From: Macrostomum hystrix
Lineage: Eukaryota > Animalia > Platyhelminthes
Length of the DNA stretch: 64,000 nt
Reading direction: 5' to 3'
Assembly (NCBI GenBank): GCA_950097015.1
Contig: CATNEN010000039.1
Span: 2,542,001-2,606,000 of the forward strand
The first letter of the stretch is position 1. Each line of letters opens with the position of its first letter. Shown one piece after another: positions 63,965 to 64,000 of the stretch. Position numbers and translations under genes: made by a program. A model generated the notes under the pieces. That model searched no databases and was not told where the DNA came from. It saw only the letters and a program-made list of their open reading frames with translations.

Positions 63965-64000
63965 CTGAAAGGAATCAAGGAAGTCAATTAGACAACGCCA

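Overview
Eukaryotic (metazoan) genomic DNA with spliceosomal GT-AG introns and very many intronic minisatellites. The organism is probably a flatworm such as Macrostomum; this is inferred from composition and repeat style only. Manual splice-site and phase tracing supports five protein-coding loci: (1) the first two coding exons of a class I SAM methyltransferase (JHAMT/Tam-like) on the minus strand, continuing beyond the left edge; (2) a complete 5-exon coatomer epsilon (COPE) gene on the plus strand, 303 aa; (3) a complete 20-exon polycystin-1-like gene on the minus strand, about 3664 aa, with signal peptide, WSC, PKD repeats, REJ, GAIN/GPS, PLAT and channel region; (4) a single-exon coiled-coil plus NHL-like beta-propeller ORF; (5) a probable last exon of another minus-strand gene at the right edge. 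Mobile DNA includes a full-length DD34D mariner with perfect 30-bp TIRs, two tRNA-derived CORE-like SINEs, an RTE-like LINE relic, and two nested MITEs inside a minisatellite. The huge repetitive ORFs in the track are artefacts of the tandem arrays. The most unusual observation is that two intronic arrays in the polycystin gene are amplified copies of the gene's own exon/intron junctions.
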